Shown: piece by piece, positions 1 to 10,930 of the stretch
Layout: the number at the start of each line of letters is the position of its first letter
How positions within the stretch are numbered: position 1 is the first letter of the stretch
Origin: an uncultured Bacteroidota bacterium
Lineage (GTDB): Bacteria > Bacteroidota > Ignavibacteria > UBA10030 > UBA6906
Reading direction: 5' to 3'
Length of the DNA: 64,000 nucleotides
Assembly: GCA_963700635.1 (NCBI GenBank)
Contig: CAVOYH010000003.1
Location: 1,824,001 to 1,888,000, forward strand
Translations under genes and position numbers: made by a program
Notes under the pieces: model-generated
What the model was told of the DNA's origin: nothing
Seen by the model: only the letters and a program-made list of their open reading frames with translations
Databases searched by the model: none

Positions 1-516
1 TATGTGAAGGACTGGAAGCGGGAGATCGCGAAAGTCCACGGGAGGTATCACATGGGCGGGCTCAAACCGTACCATCCCCGCACCGACATCCCGTACAACG
101 ATGCTGCCTGGGCGCCATGGTTTGAGTACGGCAACCGGCACCGGTGCTACATCCTCCTCCATCAGTCGCCCAATTTCAATGCAGAGCTGATGGACCTCGT
201 CCCGCGGTATCCCGACATGAGTTTCATCCTTGCGCATCAGGGGGCTTCATTCGCGCAGGCACGCAAAGGGATTGAGATCGCACAGAAGTTCCCCAACGTC
301 TATCTGGAGATCACCCTCACGGCCGTCACCTATCGCGTCATCGAATTCATGGTGCGGCACGTCGGTGCCGACCGTGTCCTGTTCGGCACGGACCAGCCCA
401 TGAGGGATCCGACTCCACAATTCGGGTGGATGGCCTACAGTCACTGTACACCGGACCAGAAACGGAAGATGTTCGGACTGAATATGAAGAAGATTGTTCA
501 GCGGGTGCGATGGTAG
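1..516 (+). CDS. Amidohydrolase family protein (Amidohydro_2 TIM barrel), 5'-truncated by window edge
   Basis: Motifs GLKPYH, ILLH, FILAHQG, NVYLEI, RVLFGTDQP; frame is open from base 1. Confidence 0.85.
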   Translation, partial: YVKDWKREIAKVHGRYHMGGLKPYHPRTDIPYNDAAWAPWFEYGNRHRCYILLHQSPNFNAELMDLVPRYPDMSFILAHQGASFAQARKGIEIAQKFPNVYLEITLTAVTYRVIEFMVRHVGADRVLFGTDQPMRDPTPQFGWMAYSHCTPDQKRKMFGLNMKKIVQRVRW

Positions 517-2898
517 ATGGAACGGCTCCCACACGCCCTTGCTCTGCTTGCACTGCTCTTTGCCCTTCAGGAGTCTGACGGAACCGTGGCCGCGCAAACT
601 TCCGATCGCGCCGTCCTTTCCAATGCACGCGTGCAGGTCGAGCTTGTGCAACGGGGGGGTCGATGGAGCGAACGCTATTCCGCACTCTCGGCGCAGGGCT
701 GGCTCCCATTACTCGTTTCTGGACATCCCCTTCGTCCCGATCCCTCCTGGAGACGGGATGCGCGGCTCGTGTCCGGCGGGTATGACGAGCTCGCCGTGCA
801 TCCCCCGGCTTCCGGTGTCCAGAGTGCCGACCTGATCCTGCATGACGGGCCGCACACCATTACGAAACGGATTGAACTCCGCGACGATGATCCGTTCGTC
901 CATGTGACGCTTTCCGTCGATGTTCACGGGAAGACGGCGATGGAGTTCCTGCTCGGGACGTACTCCTCGCTGGTCGTGCCCGAGGCAGACACGGCTGTTC
1001 ATCGCCCCGAGTTCGTCTTTTCCCCCCAGTTGCGGCCGGAGGCGGATGACGTCATCGGCGACCACGTGTTCCGATCACCCGTCCTGATGGTCCAGCATGG
1101 ATCCCATGTTGCCGCGCTTGTTCCAGACCCCGACCTCATGAATGGCCGCAACCCGCGGATCAGGACAAGTGCTGATCTCCGGACCGACGCGGGCCCGCGG
1201 GCGCTCCTCGCCTATGGCGTGATGCCCTGGGAGAAACGGGCGCACGTCTACTACCGGCACACCGACAGCATGACTGTTGCCGTCCGCGACTCCACCGTAT
1301 CCTGCGGATACTACCTCTACGTGCGAGCGGACGCCCCTCCACGTGAGGGATACCGCGACGCCGTGCGCTTTCTCTGGGAACGGTTCGGCCGGCGCGCTTT
1401 TGATGATCCGCGCGGACCCCAGTCGGAGCCATTCCGTTCGTATGTGCACAAAGCATGGGACGAATTCGTTCCGCGCGTTGCGCTCGAGACCACGTATGAG
1501 GGTCAGCCCGTCACCCTGCTGCGACAGGCCCGGCTGGCATGGAGCAATGCTCTGGATACATCGGCGAACAACGATGCATGGTTCAATGTCTGGTTCAACT
1601 CCCTGCGGACTGCATACGGTATGGCGCTTCATGCCCGTGCGACGGGGAATGCGGAGTTGAAGCGTCAGGCCGAGGGGGTGTTGAACCTTGCTCTTCTCGC
1701 GCCCCAGCATGACGGCATCGCTCCATCGATCTTCACCCTCGACGGCAGTGGCGGGCACTGGGTTGCTGACCATGCGTGGGGAGGGATCCGCAAAGGGACC
1801 TTCTATTCCATGTTTCACAATGCATGGACCTGCACCTGGCTTCTCTTCTGGGCCGACCTGTTTCCCTCCCGCCGGCAGGAGATTATGGAGTTCACGGGCC
1901 GATTCGCCCGTTTCTTGATTTCGCGACAGCACGACAACGGCGTAATCTCATCCTGGTACGCGCCGGTCACTCTGGAACCTGCGGAAGAATTCCGGGACGA
2001 AAATGCTGAAACCGCCGGCGCAGCCCTTTTCCTGGCCGAGTATGCCGGGAGGACAGGCGATCCCGAGGCCCTCCGCGCCTCACGGCTGGCCATGAACTAC
2101 ATTGTTTCCGCCATACTGCCGGAGCAGAAGTGGTTCGATTTTGAAACGTTCTTTTCGTGTTCACGGAAGCCACTCGGCTTTTTCGACAGGTACACCGGAC
2201 AGCACCCGCAGAACACCCTTTCCATGCACCAGGCCGCTGAGGCCTTGCTTACGCTCTCCCGGGTTACAAAGGACGACGCGTATCGTCGCAACGGCGAAGC
2301 AATCCTCGATTACCTGAGTCTGTACCAGCAGGTATGGAGTCCACGCTGGCTCTCCTGTGAGCTCTTCGGGGGGTTCGGGGTCCAGAATACCGACGGGGAG
2401 TGGAGTGATTCGCGCCAGGGATACTTTGCCGTGACATACTTCAACTATTTCGCCGTCACCGGACGGCGCGAATACTTCGAGCGTGGTGTTGCAGCGTTGC
2501 GGGCCATGTTCTCGCTCTTTGAATCCCCCGACTCTCCACGCACGGCCGAGAACTACGCGCATGCCTCCTCTGATCAGCTGGCGGGCGTGACCGGACTCCA
2601 TTGGGGCACCGGAAGCTCCGTCGTTTCCATTCATGTCATCACGGAGCGTTATGGCGACGCATATGTCCACCTCCCGGGTTCCTGGGGAGGCGGAGTCGAC
2701 GGATGCCGGGTGAACGGCGTTCGGGTTGCCGCAGATACCGTTACGGTCTCGGTCGCCGATGCCGTCAGTTCCCCGCGCACGATCCGTCTGGTCTTCGGGG
2801 AGCCGGACGGCCATCCGTACACCGTCATCGTCAACGGGAAAAACCTGGGGCGCTTCGATCCAGCCGCTTTGCAGAAGGGAGTCCGCTGTGAACTCTGA
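517..2898 (+). CDS. Secreted hypothetical protein, probable (alpha/alpha)-barrel glycoside hydrolase/epimerase-like
   Basis: 793 aa; N-terminal signal peptide (ALALLALLFAL); Trp/Tyr-rich helical C-half; ATG immediately follows upstream TAG. Fold is inferred. Confidence 0.6.
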   Translation: MERLPHALALLALLFALQESDGTVAAQTSDRAVLSNARVQVELVQRGGRWSERYSALSAQGWLPLLVSGHPLRPDPSWRRDARLVSGGYDELAVHPPASGVQSADLILHDGPHTITKRIELRDDDPFVHVTLSVDVHGKTAMEFLLGTYSSLVVPEADTAVHRPEFVFSPQLRPEADDVIGDHVFRSPVLMVQHGSHVAALVPDPDLMNGRNPRIRTSADLRTDAGPRALLAYGVMPWEKRAHVYYRHTDSMTVAVRDSTVSCGYYLYVRADAPPREGYRDAVRFLWERFGRRAFDDPRGPQSEPFRSYVHKAWDEFVPRVALETTYEGQPVTLLRQARLAWSNALDTSANNDAWFNVWFNSLRTAYGMALHARATGNAELKRQAEGVLNLALLAPQHDGIAPSIFTLDGSGGHWVADHAWGGIRKGTFYSMFHNAWTCTWLLFWADLFPSRRQEIMEFTGRFARFLISRQHDNGVISSWYAPVTLEPAEEFRDENAETAGAALFLAEYAGRTGDPEALRASRLAMNYIVSAILPEQKWFDFETFFSCSRKPLGFFDRYTGQHPQNTLSMHQAAEALLTLSRVTKDDAYRRNGEAILDYLSLYQQVWSPRWLSCELFGGFGVQNTDGEWSDSRQGYFAVTYFNYFAVTGRREYFERGVAALRAMFSLFESPDSPRTAENYAHASSDQLAGVTGLHWGTGSSVVSIHVITERYGDAYVHLPGSWGGGVDGCRVNGVRVAADTVTVSVADAVSSPRTIRLVFGEPDGHPYTVIVNGKNLGRFDPAALQKGVRCEL

Positions 2899-2908
2899 CC
2901 GGGGATCA

Positions 2909-3904
2909 ATGGATCGTTGTTTGGGACGATGTATTCTCCTGCTGATCCTCATGCTTGCCGCGGGAGGTCCGGCGGTCGCGCAACAGGACACGGTGTACAT
3001 GTCGGTCCTCAATTCGCGCCGCCATGCCTGGGGCCGGAGCGATAACCCGACCATCGGACTGTTCGTGAGTACGGACGCGGGCCGAACATGGCATCACCGG
3101 GGCTGGCGCGAGTATATCCGGATGTTCTTCACCACCGCAGGTCCCGACGGCTCGCTCTGGTCGGCCTGTGGCAACGGCATCCTGTGTTCCGTCGACCAGG
3201 GTGCGACGTGGAAGATTACGACCGGGTGGGAAATCACCGAGGTCCTCAAGGTCGCGATCGACCCCCGGCATCCCTCAACCGTTGCTGCGGCAACAGCATA
3301 TGGCCCTGTTCTGAGCACTGATGCCGGCGCCACATGGAGGTATCTCCGGAACGGTCTGCCTCGCCCCTTCGTGTCAGACATCTGTATCGACCGCACGACC
3401 GGTTCGCTGCTGGTCCCGACCGAGCTCGGCATATTCAGGACAGACGGCGTGGACTCTCTCTGGCAGCCCACGTCACTGCGCGGCATCGATACCAGGACGG
3501 TTGTCCAGCATCCCGGGAATCCCGGGATCTTCTGGGCGGGAACGGAAGACGAGGGAGTGTGGATGTCGGCGGATGGCGGGAAGACCTGGACTGCGAAAAA
3601 CAACGGTTTGGACCACCGTACCGTGTATGCCATTGCCTTCGGGTACTCCCCGGCTCCAGTGATCTTTGTCGGTACTCACGGCGGGGGGGTGTACCGGTCA
3701 TCGGACAATGGAACAACATGGCGACAGGTTGGGGCCGGACTCACAAATCTCGACATTCATACGATTGTCGCGCTCCGTTCGCGTCCGCGGACGATCCTTG
3801 CCGGTTCGCTCAACGGGGGGTTGTTCGAAAGCACGGATAACGGGGAGACCTGGCGGTTCAACAGCCAGGAGGACTCGCAGGTGTGGGGGTTGTCGGTACA
3901 ATAA
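2909..3904 (+). CDS. Secreted BNR/Asp-box beta-propeller protein (paralog 1)
   Basis: Signal peptide from ATG 2909 (MDRCLGRCILLLILMLAAG); repeated S-x-D-x-G-x-T-W motifs (STDAGRTW, SVDQGATW, STDAGATW, SADGGKTW, SSDNGTTW, STDNGETW). Confidence 0.85.
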   Translation: MDRCLGRCILLLILMLAAGGPAVAQQDTVYMSVLNSRRHAWGRSDNPTIGLFVSTDAGRTWHHRGWREYIRMFFTTAGPDGSLWSACGNGILCSVDQGATWKITTGWEITEVLKVAIDPRHPSTVAAATAYGPVLSTDAGATWRYLRNGLPRPFVSDICIDRTTGSLLVPTELGIFRTDGVDSLWQPTSLRGIDTRTVVQHPGNPGIFWAGTEDEGVWMSADGGKTWTAKNNGLDHRTVYAIAFGYSPAPVIFVGTHGGGVYRSSDNGTTWRQVGAGLTNLDIHTIVALRSRPRTILAGSLNGGLFESTDNGETWRFNSQEDSQVWGLSVQ

Positions 3905-3935
3905 ATACTGATACGCTACGGAAGAGGGTGACTGT

Positions 3936-5264
3936 GTGAACACGTCCGACAACGAGCGCAGCCGGTTGAAGGAGCGGTGGGAGAATGCGGACACGATGAT
4001 CCGGACGTGGTGGGACGCGGATACCCGGCGGGCCAGCGAGGCCGAAGTCCGCGATCCTGCCGCCAACGCGGTCTGGTTCACGGATGATGACCACCGCGCC
4101 ATGGAGGAAACCGGACCAGCCAGGGACGAACACACCCTGCTGTTTCTCCCGTTTCCCTACATTTCTGCCGGCGGGAGCGAAGCAGCGTTTCCGGAGATGT
4201 ACTGCTGGGATATTCATTTCATCAACATGGCCCTGCTGCTGCACGACCGGCGCGACCTCATTCGTAATCACATTCTCAACCATCTCTTCCAGATCGAGCG
4301 CTTCGGCATGGTTCTGACCGGAAACCGGACGTACTATCGCACCCGTTCACAGACACCGCTCCTGGCCGACAGCATACGTCTGTACTGTGAGGACCAGATC
4401 GATGTCGACCTGGTGATGACTTCGTACCCGAGGCTGGTGAAGGAGTACCGTGAATACTGGAATGCCCCGCATCATCAGACACCCACCGGGTTGGCGACCA
4501 ACCGTGATCTGGGGGACCCCCGGCTCCGTCCGGAACTTGCTGCTGAGGCAGAGTCGCTCGATTTCACACCCTGCTACGGCGGGGATATTCGTTCCTGCGT
4601 CCCCCTGCAACTCAACTGTGCCCTGGTCCGTTATGCCGACAACCTCGCATGGATGGCAGAAGTTCTGCGGCTTCCGGATGAGGCCGAGGTCTGGACGCGG
4701 CTCGCAGCACGGAGACGGGAGCTGATCCGGGAGCTTTGCTGGGATAGCAGGGAAGGATTTTTCTTCGAATACCAGTTTGTCCGCGGCGAACGGCTTCCGT
4801 ATTGGTCTCTGGGAGCATACTGGACGCTGTGGGCGGGTGTCGCGACGCAGTCGCAGGCGGCGCAGCTCGCCAGGCATCGCACGCGCTTCCTGCACCAGGG
4901 CGGTCTCGCGCAAACTGACGTTGCCTATCCCAGTCCCCATCCGGAATTCACCTGGCTCCAATGGGGGTATCCGTCTGCCTGGCCCCCGAGCCAGATGATC
5001 GTCGTCGAGGGACTTGACCGGTACGGGTTCCGTGCGGAAGCGGAAGATGTTGCGCTCCGGTATCTGAACTGCATGCTCACGGAGTATGACCGGACTGGGA
5101 AGTTCTGGGAGAAGTATAATGCTGTTGAGGGGACATCGTCTCTCCCACGCGAACGCACGCCCTGTGTGCCACTTCACGGGTGGACGACTGCATCGGCCGT
5201 ATGGCTTGGCCATCGCCTGTACAACACACCCGCACCGTCTCTCGCCAAGGGAGGAGAAGCATGA
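3936..5264 (+). CDS. Trehalase-like glycoside hydrolase (GH37-like), cytoplasmic
   Basis: FPEMYCWD, RSQTP, AESLDF, QWGYPSAWPP, FWEKY, HGWT resemble the trehalase motif series; no signal peptide. Confidence 0.75.
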   Translation: MNTSDNERSRLKERWENADTMIRTWWDADTRRASEAEVRDPAANAVWFTDDDHRAMEETGPARDEHTLLFLPFPYISAGGSEAAFPEMYCWDIHFINMALLLHDRRDLIRNHILNHLFQIERFGMVLTGNRTYYRTRSQTPLLADSIRLYCEDQIDVDLVMTSYPRLVKEYREYWNAPHHQTPTGLATNRDLGDPRLRPELAAEAESLDFTPCYGGDIRSCVPLQLNCALVRYADNLAWMAEVLRLPDEAEVWTRLAARRRELIRELCWDSREGFFFEYQFVRGERLPYWSLGAYWTLWAGVATQSQAAQLARHRTRFLHQGGLAQTDVAYPSPHPEFTWLQWGYPSAWPPSQMIVVEGLDRYGFRAEAEDVALRYLNCMLTEYDRTGKFWEKYNAVEGTSSLPRERTPCVPLHGWTTASAVWLGHRLYNTPAPSLAKGGEA

Positions 5265-7052
5265 ACGGAGTCACATGTCTTCTTTCGTTGTTCCTCATTG
5301 CAGGAGCGGCGCTCGCGGCTCCGCCGGACACCCCGGCATCGGGGTTTGCCGAACGGCGGGCCAGAATTCTGGAGGTGGCCGCAGCAGAGTCGGAGTACAA
5401 CATTATGACCATTCTGGCGAAGCTGCACACACGTCGTGATCTTCCTCATGCATATACCATGCTTGATTCGATGACCCGGGATCAGGCCATGGGTGGGATG
5501 TTCTTCGCGTACAGCATGATCGGTCTGTACCTGCACACGCGCGACATCCTGCCCGACTCACTGCACAGGAGCATCCGGGAGGCTTACCGCGTTCGTACAA
5601 TGTACCGCGGCGATACGGAGAACCACTGGGTGATGTATTACATCGGTCTCTACCTTGCAGCCCAGACTTGGCCAGGGGAGGACGGGACGCGGTGGTTCAA
5701 CGGAAAGAGCTCCGACGAGAACTTTGCCGAGGCTGATGGATGGCTCCGGCACTGGATCACCCAGACGACGACCGCCGGCCAGGGCGAATTCGACTCCCCG
5801 ACATACATGACGGTTTTCCTCTGCCCCGTCATCCTTCTGCAGCAGTTCGCCGCCGACAGCTCGATGCGGACGCTGGCACAGATGATGACGGATCTCCTTT
5901 TGGCCGACTTCGCTGCTGAACACCTTGAAGGAAACTACGGGGGAGGGCACAGCCGGGACTATCCTGACGACATCGTGAATCCCCTCTCGGCACCCAGCAC
6001 CATGTGGGCATGGCTGTACTTCGGCTATCCAAAGTTTGAGCTCTGGGACCAGGTCCGCTACCGGCCGCGGCACCGGGGTTCGTGGGAGTCCGTGTTCGGG
6101 GCGGTCAGCTCCTATCGCCTCCCCGACATCATCCATACCATGGCCGTCAAGCGGGACTCCCCGTATGTACACAGGGAATTGAAACGGGTACGGAATATCA
6201 TCCGGTTCGGTGATGTGATGAACCCGCCGGTGTACAAGTACACCTTCATGACCCGGCGCTATGTTCTCGGATCGCTCCAGGGCGGCATCCTGCAGCCCAT
6301 CCAGCAGCACACCTGGGATGTGACCTACCCGTCTCCGCGGACGCACAACACGCTCTTCTCACTGCATCCGTTTTCTTCCGGCCGCGAGCTCGCGATGTTT
6401 TTCCCCGAAGAACAAAAGTTCCTTGCGGCAGAAGTGGACCGATACCATCTTGTTTACACCAATCCGGATAAGTGGAATTCCAGTTCGCCGTACGAACAGA
6501 CATTTCAACACAGGGATGCAATTGTCGTGCTCTACGACATTGCACCGGGTGTGCGCCACTCTCACGCCGACGCCTTCTTTCCGAAAACCCTCGACGAACG
6601 CCGGACTGATTCATCCGGGTGGATCTTCTGTCAGGAATGAGAACGTCTACATCGGCGTATTTCCACTGGGGCCGGGAACCTGGATCGAAGAGGACGTATG
6701 CTGGCGCTGGCGGAGTTCTTCGCTCCGCACAGGCGTGGTCGTCGAGGTGGCATCGGACGACGATTATGCTTCGTTCGCTGCCTTCCAGGACGACCTGCGC
6801 CGGAGGGTTCCTGACACAACCCGGTTCACCCGGACTGCCGCCGTCGCATTTGTGACGAGGGCGGGCGACACGATGGAGTTTGCGTATGGCGGTGAGAGGA
6901 TTCTGAATGGACATCCGGTCGATGGTAAGGGTTATCCGTTGTTCGATGGTCCCTGGATTCAGAGCGTTGCGGGGAGCGGAGTGATCCGGCTGACGGATGG
7001 AAGCCATGAACGGATCCTGGATTTCAGGACCATCACGATGGAGGACCGCTGA
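5261..7052 (+). CDS. Secreted hypothetical protein, GDTENH/EFDSPxY family paralog A; +1 frameshift near 6631
   Basis: Signal peptide from ATG 5261; colinear with 9107-10930; WIFC continues as RNENVYIGVFPL in the next frame (ORF 6423-7052), matching the paralog WILCKAGNTYVGWYPL. Confidence 0.75.
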
Positions 7053-8067
7053 ATGTTCGTGTGCCGCTCATCCCTGCAATCAGTCGCGATGATTCTGCTG
7101 GGCCTGCAGGCGGCTGCTTGTGCCGGCCAGCCGCGCCCTGCGGATTCGACACGTCTCCACGCCGCCGTGTACATGGTCCGCGGGAGCGTCTCCGGTTCCA
7201 ATGTCGGCACGTTCGGGCCGTTTGTCCTCGGAGCGGACAGCGCCTGGCGACGTCTGTCCCTCTCGAATGTCATCTCGTGCGGACTTGATATGGACAGGGC
7301 GGGAACGGGAAAGCGGCTGTATCTGGCTGCGGGAAACGGCGTGCACCGGTCGACGGATGGTGGATCGACATGGCGGGTTCTGACGGGGTGGAGGACAATG
7401 GAAATCCTGACCGTGCTGCCGGACATGGTCGATTCGGCGACCATCTACGCGTCGACGCCGTGGGGAGTGTTCAAGAGCCAGGATGACGGGGTTACATGGA
7501 ACGAACGATCGACCGGTTTCCGGCACTGGTATGTCAAACACCTTGGCTTTGATACCCGATCCACATCACGGCTCTATGCCACCGCGGAAGATGACCTGTA
7601 TGTCTCGGACGATGGAGCGGAGCACTGGCGTCCGATGGGTGTCGGGGGAGGGAGCGTTCTCGCGTTTTTCCAACATCCGGTGAACCCGATGGTGCTCGTC
7701 GCCAGTACGGAAGATCGGGGCATCTTCCGGTCCACCAATCGGGGGGAGACATGGACGCCTGCAACCAGCCCCGGCCATTCGCCGATCTATGTGTTCGCAG
7801 GCTCACCGGACGGGCGTGCGCTCTACGCTTCCGGCTGGGAGACAGGAATCTGGCAGAGCACCGATGATGGAGCGACCTGGGAAACGCTCTGGAACTCCCC
7901 CGGGATCCAGGCAATCTTCTGTCTGCTCGTCGATCCGCCGCAATCCGGATTTCCTGTATGCGGGGACGGATGGGAATGGCGTGTTCGCTTCGTCGGACCG
8001 TGGTGCGACGTGGCGCTGTATCGGGTTACAGGGGGGAAAGATCAAACAGCTGCTGTTCTATCCATAA
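7053..8067 (+). CDS. Secreted BNR/Asp-box beta-propeller protein (paralog 2); +1 frameshift near 7938
   Basis: Asp-boxes STDGGSTW, SQDDGVTW, SDDGAEHW, STNRGETW, STDDGATW; after LLVDP the last blade (RNPDFLYAGTDGNGVFASSDRGATW...LLFYP*) lies in the +1 frame. Confidence 0.8.
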
Positions 8068-8079
8068 CGAGATCGCTCT

Positions 8080-9092
8080 ATGAAACTACTCTCCAGACCG
8101 GGCCTCCCTCTGCTGCTGGCAGCGGCGCTGCTGCTGCCTGCATCCCTGGGAGCGCAGGAATCCACCATCTATCTGGCAGTCGTCGCGACAAAAATGTTTG
8201 TCGTCGGTGCCGCCAACCCGCAGACAGGGATCCACTTCCAGCATCCCTCGGCGGACACCACGTGGGATCACACGGGACCCGAACAATACTCGCGCGTTCG
8301 GTGTGGCTGTTCATCCCGGATCCGACCAGAAGGTTCTGTACATCGCGTCGGGAAACGGACTCCAACGATCGGGTGACGGCGGCAAGACCTGGAAGGTCAC
8401 AACCGGATGGAATATCACGGAAGTGCTTGGCGTGACACCCGATCCGCACTCGCCCACCACCGTGTATATTGCCACAGCCTATGGTGTTTACCGCACGACC
8501 GACGGCTGTGCATCCTGGAAGGAGTGCAACGCGGGGCTCGGCTCAACGTTTGTTCCGAGTGTCATTGCCGATCATCAGAAGGCCGGTGTCCTGTATTGCG
8601 CCACGGAAGACGGAGCGTACAGGAGTACGGACCGGGGGGATTCCTGGCGACGCATGGGGCTCAGCGTCGGTGGTGTGCGAGTGATTGTCCAGCATCCGAC
8701 CAACCCGGACGTCCTTGCCGTCGGAACGGAAGACTTCGGCATCTACATGACCGCCAACGGAGGGAAGTGGTGGACACGCTGCGAAGCGGGGATCGATCAC
8801 CGGACCTTCTACACGATTGCCTTTGACCCGACGGGTCCTGACACCATGTACGCCGGAGGGTACGTGACCGGCGTGTACAAGTCGATTGATGGAGGAAAGC
8901 GGTGGCGGCGCGTCAACAACGGACTCGGTGTCCTCACCTTTCACGCTGTGGCCGTGGACCCGCGGGACAGCGCGTCGGGTGTACGCCGGGGCGTACTGGG
9001 GAGGCGTGTACAGGTCCGATGATGCAGGAGAGTCCTGGAGACAGGTCGGGCTTTCCGATTCACAGGTGTGGACACTCTTCATTCATCCGTAG
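8080..9092 (+). CDS. Secreted BNR/Asp-box beta-propeller protein (paralog 3); +1 frameshifts near 8279 and 8972
   Basis: Signal peptide in ORF 8080; propeller in ORF 8198-9022 (SGDGGKTWKVTTGWNITEVL, like paralog 1 ITTGWEITEVL); last blade in ORF 8886-9092 ending DSQVWTLFIHP (paralog 1 ends DSQVWGLSVQ). Confidence 0.8.
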
Positions 9093-9106
9093 GACATGAG
9101 GACGTT

Positions 9107-10930
9107 ATGACAATTCGAGTGGAAATAATCGTTGCCGTACTCACGCTGTGGTGTATCGGTGCGGTCTCACAAACGCGCGATGAGTATCTGAAAGCATACG
9201 AACAGCGTGCACGGTTCATGACGGAGGTCTATGACACCTCACACGCCGTGTCGACCTCGGTTATCGCGGCGCGCTATGCGCACAACCGTGACATTCCTCT
9301 GGCAGACAGCCTTTTTCGAGAAGCGCTGCGGGAGCCACGGGGCGACATGTTCTGGATGTTTCCCGTGATCGGTGCCTATCTCCATGGAAAAGACAAGATG
9401 TCGCCGGCAACCCGTGCGACCGTGCGGAACGCCTGGAAAACGTACGCGCCATACCGCGGCGATACGGAAAATCACTGGGCCATGTACCACGCATCGCTCT
9501 ATCTGGCGGCAGAACAATGGCCGGACCTTCCCGGGTCGGAATGGTTCAATGGAAAGAGTTCCCGGGAAAACCTCGAAGACACGAAGGAGTATCTCATCCA
9601 CTGGATGAAGATCACGACCACCATCGGCCAGGGTGAGTTCGATTCCCCCGACTACTTCGCGGAATATGCGATTTCCATGAGCCTGCTGGCTGATTTCGCC
9701 CAGGACCCTGCGATGAAGAAACGCGGGACCATGATGATGGACTTCATCATGGCGGATTTCGCGGCAGAGCATCTTGACGGCCAGTACCTCGGCGGGTTCA
9801 GTCGCATTTACCAGCCAGCCGTCTTCAAACCGCTGCTCTCAAATGCTTCCGCGTTTGCCTATCTCTATTTCGGAACAGGCGAACCGGCGGCCGCGGGATG
9901 GGCCCTGCTGCCCGCCCTCGGAGCGTACCGCCTGCCCGAGATACTCTACCACATTGCGACAGACCGTTCGCGTCCGTACGTCCACAAAGAACGCAAGCGT
10001 GTGCGCAACGTGATCCGTTTCGGCCCGGAGAAAAACCCTCCGGTCTACAAGCAGACCTACGTCACGAAAGATTATGGCATCGGATCACTGCAGGGCGGGA
10101 TCCTGCAGCCCATTCAACAGCATACATGGGGCGTTCGCTATACCTACGGCCGCCCGTACACCACCATCTTCGGCCTGCACCCGTACTGGTCGAGCTATGA
10201 GCTCGGGATGTTCTTCCCCGAAGAAATCAAGCCGCTCATTGCGGATGTGGTTGCCTCGAAAGGGACGTACAACAATCCGGACAAGTGGACCGGCGGGTCG
10301 CCGTTTGAACGCACCTTTCAGGAGAAGAACACGCTCCTCGTCCTCTATGATATCGCCCCTGGCACGATGACGGAACATATCGACGGGTTCTTCCCGCGCA
10401 ATCTGGAACAACGGATCGTCGATCCGAGCGGCTGGATCCTCTGCAAGGCGGGAAACACGTATGTCGGCTGGTATCCGCTCCAGGAGTATGAGTGGATCGA
10501 AGAACGTGAAACGACGGGCCAGGAGAAGAACGCGATCGGACGTCCGGAGGACCTCCCCCGGGCGCAGGAAACCGGCAACTGGCGTCTGCGGAGCCACAAG
10601 CTGCAGAACGGGTATGTCATCGAAGTCCGTTCGGAATCGGAGGTGGGATCATTCGAGAAATTCAGCGCCGCCCTCCGGAAACATGTTCCGAAGGCGACGC
10701 TGGTTCCGGGGAATGTTACGGTGAGCTACACCGCGCTCGGGGGCGACCGCATGACGTTCGGCTTCCCCGACCGGCGCACGCTGAACGGGGTTGCCGTAGA
10801 CCTCGCGAAGACCAGGCTTTTCGAAGGACCTTTCCTGAACGCGGATGTGGGAAGCGAGAAACTTGTGATGACCTACAAGACGAGAACCCGTACTCTCGAT
10901 TTCAAGAACCTGACGATTACGGAGCGCTGA
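9107..10930 (+). CDS. Secreted hypothetical protein, GDTENH/EFDSPxY family paralog B
   Basis: Signal peptide; shares YRGDTENHW, GQGEFDSP, KRVRNxIRFG, GSLQGGILQPIQQHTW, MFFPEE, NPDKW with paralog A. Confidence 0.75.
   Translation: MTIRVEIIVAVLTLWCIGAVSQTRDEYLKAYEQRARFMTEVYDTSHAVSTSVIAARYAHNRDIPLADSLFREALREPRGDMFWMFPVIGAYLHGKDKMSPATRATVRNAWKTYAPYRGDTENHWAMYHASLYLAAEQWPDLPGSEWFNGKSSRENLEDTKEYLIHWMKITTTIGQGEFDSPDYFAEYAISMSLLADFAQDPAMKKRGTMMMDFIMADFAAEHLDGQYLGGFSRIYQPAVFKPLLSNASAFAYLYFGTGEPAAAGWALLPALGAYRLPEILYHIATDRSRPYVHKERKRVRNVIRFGPEKNPPVYKQTYVTKDYGIGSLQGGILQPIQQHTWGVRYTYGRPYTTIFGLHPYWSSYELGMFFPEEIKPLIADVVASKGTYNNPDKWTGGSPFERTFQEKNTLLVLYDIAPGTMTEHIDGFFPRNLEQRIVDPSGWILCKAGNTYVGWYPLQEYEWIEERETTGQEKNAIGRPEDLPRAQETGNWRLRSHKLQNGYVIEVRSESEVGSFEKFSAALRKHVPKATLVPGNVTVSYTALGGDRMTFGFPDRRTLNGVAVDLAKTRLFEGPFLNADVGSEKLVMTYKTRTRTLDFKNLTITER

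Noticed and set aside
6625-8980. Programmed frameshifting or phase variation
   Set aside because: No shared slippery sequence, long homopolymer or stimulatory structure; sequencing error is simpler.
2909-9092. DNA repeat array or CRISPR
   Set aside because: The periodicity is protein-level Asp-box repeats; no identical spaced nucleotide repeats or cas genes.
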